Shown one piece after another: positions 61,371 through 64,000 of a DNA stretch of 64,000 nt; the stretch's first letter is position 1; every line of letters begins with the position of its first letter. Source of the DNA: Vicugna vicugna (Eukaryota); NCBI GenBank assembly GCA_013265495.1, contig MU063101.1:4574276-4638275 (forward strand). The letters run 5' to 3'. The notes under the pieces were generated by a model. That model saw only the letters and a list, made by a program, of their open reading frames with translations. It did no database searches and was not told the DNA's origin. A program made the translations under genes and the position numbers.

Positions 61371-61692
61371 CCAGATGTTTGCACAGCACTGCGTGCTCTG
61401 AGATCTACACGTCCACAGAAAGACTGGGGAATTTTAAAACACAAATTTCAGTCCAATTTTAGATACAAACTGACTCTTATGAAGCATCAAATCCTGGAAC
61501 CCTTTTGGGGGTGAGAGGCACATCGGGAGCAGCAACTGGGAAGACGTCGAGTTATTAAAGGTAGGTATTGGGTTCCTTTAATTTCAGCCTATGTCTTAGA
61601 TGGAAAGACTCCTGAGTAATAAATAATAGAGCACACTTTGGGCACATTTCATCCACCACACTCCCAGACACATTTCGAATACCATTCAAAGC

Positions 61693-61840
61693 NNNNNNNN
61701 NNNNNNNNNNNNNNNNNNNNNNNNNNNNNNNNNNNNNNNNNNNNNNNNNNNNNNNNNNNNNNNNNNNNNNNNNNNNNNNNNNNNNNNNNNNNNNNNNNNN
61801 NNNNNNNNNNNNNNNNNNNNNNNNNNNNNNNNNNNNNNNN
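61693..61840. other. N run, 148 nt
   Basis: Direct count. Confidence 0.99.
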
Positions 61841-62585
61841 GGTAGACCGGCCTCTGCCTGGGTCTGCAAGTTCAGATACACAGAAAGATACACCCGTCCT
61901 TTGGTCAAGATGACAGGCTTGTCTTCCGGTGAGACGAGATTTCCTAGGAGACTGCTGGTATTTCCCGATTCCGGCCTGGTCAGCAATAGCCACCCCAGCT
62001 TTCTCGGGTTGCTTTCCCTTTCTTTTTTCCATAATATTTCCTATTCAAGCTGCACTAGGAATGTGTATCGATTCGCTATTAAAATAACGTGGCTGTTATT
62101 TTCCCTAAGGTCAGAGACGCTGAGGATTTTTCAGTTTCCTCAAGTCCCTCCCGGGCTTCATGGAGCTTGTCAGCCACTAAGAGAGAAGGGCACTGAGCAC
62201 CGAACTGCAGGACTCAGTTCAAACATGGACACAGCAGGGAACAATTAAACAGCACTAGACAAAGGCAGGAAACGCAGCTTAGAACCCACAAGCGCACGTG
62301 CACAGCAGGACGCTTCGCGCTGTGCGGGACGCCACGGCAAACACGGATTGACAGTAAGGGTCAGGAAAGAGGGGAGAAGGCCAGCGCTCCTGAAAGAAAC
62401 ATGATGACACTTGTCTTCTTTCACTGTTACAGTTAGAACTCCACCCATCTGAATGAGTACTGTCCAGCATTAAAGGAATTTCTCAACGGTCTTCATGGGT
62501 CCCAAAGAGAATTATGCAAGGATATTACAATATCGTCTGTAGAAGAAAAAGTGATGATCCAAGGGCCCATCTAAAGGGGGTTAGT

Positions 62586-62754
62586 ATACTGTACAGCACA
62601 GGGAACTACATTCAATATCTTGTAACTTATGGTGAAAAAGAATATGAAAACGAACATATGCATGTTCATGTATGACTGAAGCATTGTTCTGTACCCCAGA
62701 AATTGACACAATATTGTAAACTGACTATCCTTCAATAAAAATATATATATTAAG
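62586..62754 (+). mobile_element. Solo camelid L1 3' module with TSD
   Basis: ctgtacagcacagggaactacattcaatatcttgtaacttatggtgaaaaagaatatgaaaacgaac...ctgtaccccagaaattgacacaatattgtaaactgactatccttcaataaaa. TSD aaagggggttagt (62573-62585) vs aaaggggactagt (62755-62767), 11/13. Confidence 0.9.
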
Positions 62755-62819
62755 AAAGGGGACTAGTTACATGCATAGAGTCCTTCTATGCAGTCTTCAA
62801 AAGACTAGGCTAAGGCTGT

Positions 62820-63090
62820 AGGTACTAATACAAAAGTACATCCAAAACATATTGGTGGGTTCAAAAAGTGACATGGAGTGTTCTACCTTCACGTGTAGAG
62901 TGTGTGCTTCCATTTGTGTGGCATTTACGGAGAGGAATACAGGTTCAAGGAAGCTCGCACATAACACAGACCCCCTCTGGAAGAACACGAAAAACGTGAC
63001 GGCAGCAGTGGCCTCTAGAGCGGGGAACCGGGTGCGTGAAATCAGGGGTGGTAAAGAGACGTGGGTCATGACACCTCCATTACTATCGTT
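62820..63090 (+). mobile_element. Old L1 (L1ME3/L1MC4-type) 3' fragment
   Basis: ggaagaacacgaaaaacgtgacggcagcagtggcctctagagcggggaaccgggtgcgtgaaatcaggggtgg. Confidence 0.6.
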
Positions 63091-64000
63091 GGAAACTCGC
63101 CGCATCTGGTGAGGGAAAAAATATCTCCATCGTCTATGGGGAAAAGCAGTGTTAACCAATGATAGAAACCACTCATTTCATGTGCCCTCCACCCCAAGTG
63201 TGTCTGCATAAGCCAATTCTCTACATGCTTAGAAGCAAGGTAAGTGGAATGAGATGGGTGGAGAGCAAGGTCCAAATACCACTGGGACGAAGTCAGGAAG
63301 TAAAGACGGGGCAAAGGCTCATGTGAGCAGCAGACAAAGTGCTGATCACAAAGGCTGGAGGATGCACTTCCGGTGGGAAGAGAGAGGTTAGGGGGTATGT
63401 AGACACTCTGTTGGATAAAACTGATTCACCTAATGAAAAAATGGCTCCCTTTTCACATCTCTTTTTGTTCCTCAGATATAATAAAAGAGGAAGTCTCAGC
63501 TGGATACAAGTATGTCTTTCTGAACTCTGGACACTCTCCTGGAGTTTAAATTTGATAACAATGTTTTGACTTAGTTATATTTCTTTTCCCTCGTATCCTT
63601 CTTAGAGCAAGGAACTCAGGCTTCACCATTCACAGTCGTGAAACAAAGCTTTCTTCTACAATAAATGTCTTTAACTTTAGTCTTTAAAAATGAACCATTT
63701 TCTGTGAAAATATATTAAGTAACACAAGAGGTACAAGGGAGATGTCAAAAACTGTGCATGTGATACACAAACGACTATAGTTTAGGAAGCAGCGACTTGA
63801 AAGAAAAATTACCCTCAGCCTAGACTAGAGAAGCCACACGGTTGTGTGATTGTGATTATTGTTGATTTTTTTATTTTCATCCCACTGAACGAGCACTGAA
63901 TAAAAATGAGGGAGTTTTTTTCAGGAAGCAGCAGTTTCATTCTCACTGCTGACGGTATTTTACGAGAATATCATTAGTTTGCTAGAGCCGATTCTTTGGA

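Noticed and set aside
62401-62452. C/D-box snoRNA (ATGATGA...CTGA)
   Set aside because: It is too short and lacks a terminal stem and a recognisable guide.
1-64000. CRISPR array, operon, prophage or rRNA
   Set aside because: This is mammalian repeat-rich non-coding DNA with no regularly spaced repeats, long clean ORFs or rRNA-like sequence.

Overview
Mammalian nuclear DNA, almost certainly camelid (camel/alpaca lineage). The assignment rests on two tRNA-Ala-derived Vic-1-type SINEs and the camelid-type L1 3' module (GTATAGCACAGGGAACTATATTCAATATC...CTTCAATAAA). I recognise no protein-coding gene, RNA gene or CRISPR array. The window reads as intergenic or deep-intronic DNA, dense in old eutherian repeats (MIR, L2, L1M, MaLR/ERVL LTRs, hAT and Tigger MITEs). 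It also holds a few lineage-specific retroposons, nine N runs, and several unique CpG-retaining, transcription-factor-motif-dense segments that look like enhancers. The longest ORF (54408-55502) is a dead L1 ORF2 fragment. The best-supported oddities are: (1) a 95-bp micro-inversion that flips the end of an MLT2 LTR between 9-bp inverted repeats; (2) N runs in the L1 whose lengths equal the missing ORF2 codons exactly, so they mask real sequence rather than estimate gaps; (3) an L1 with three tandem, divergent 3' modules plus extra 3' sequence inside one apparent TSD, and solo copies of the module elsewhere; (4) a strong CTCF site and candidate enhancers. Repeat subfamily names and most repeat boundaries come from recalled consensus sequences by eye and are approximate. 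I found no clear new biological system.
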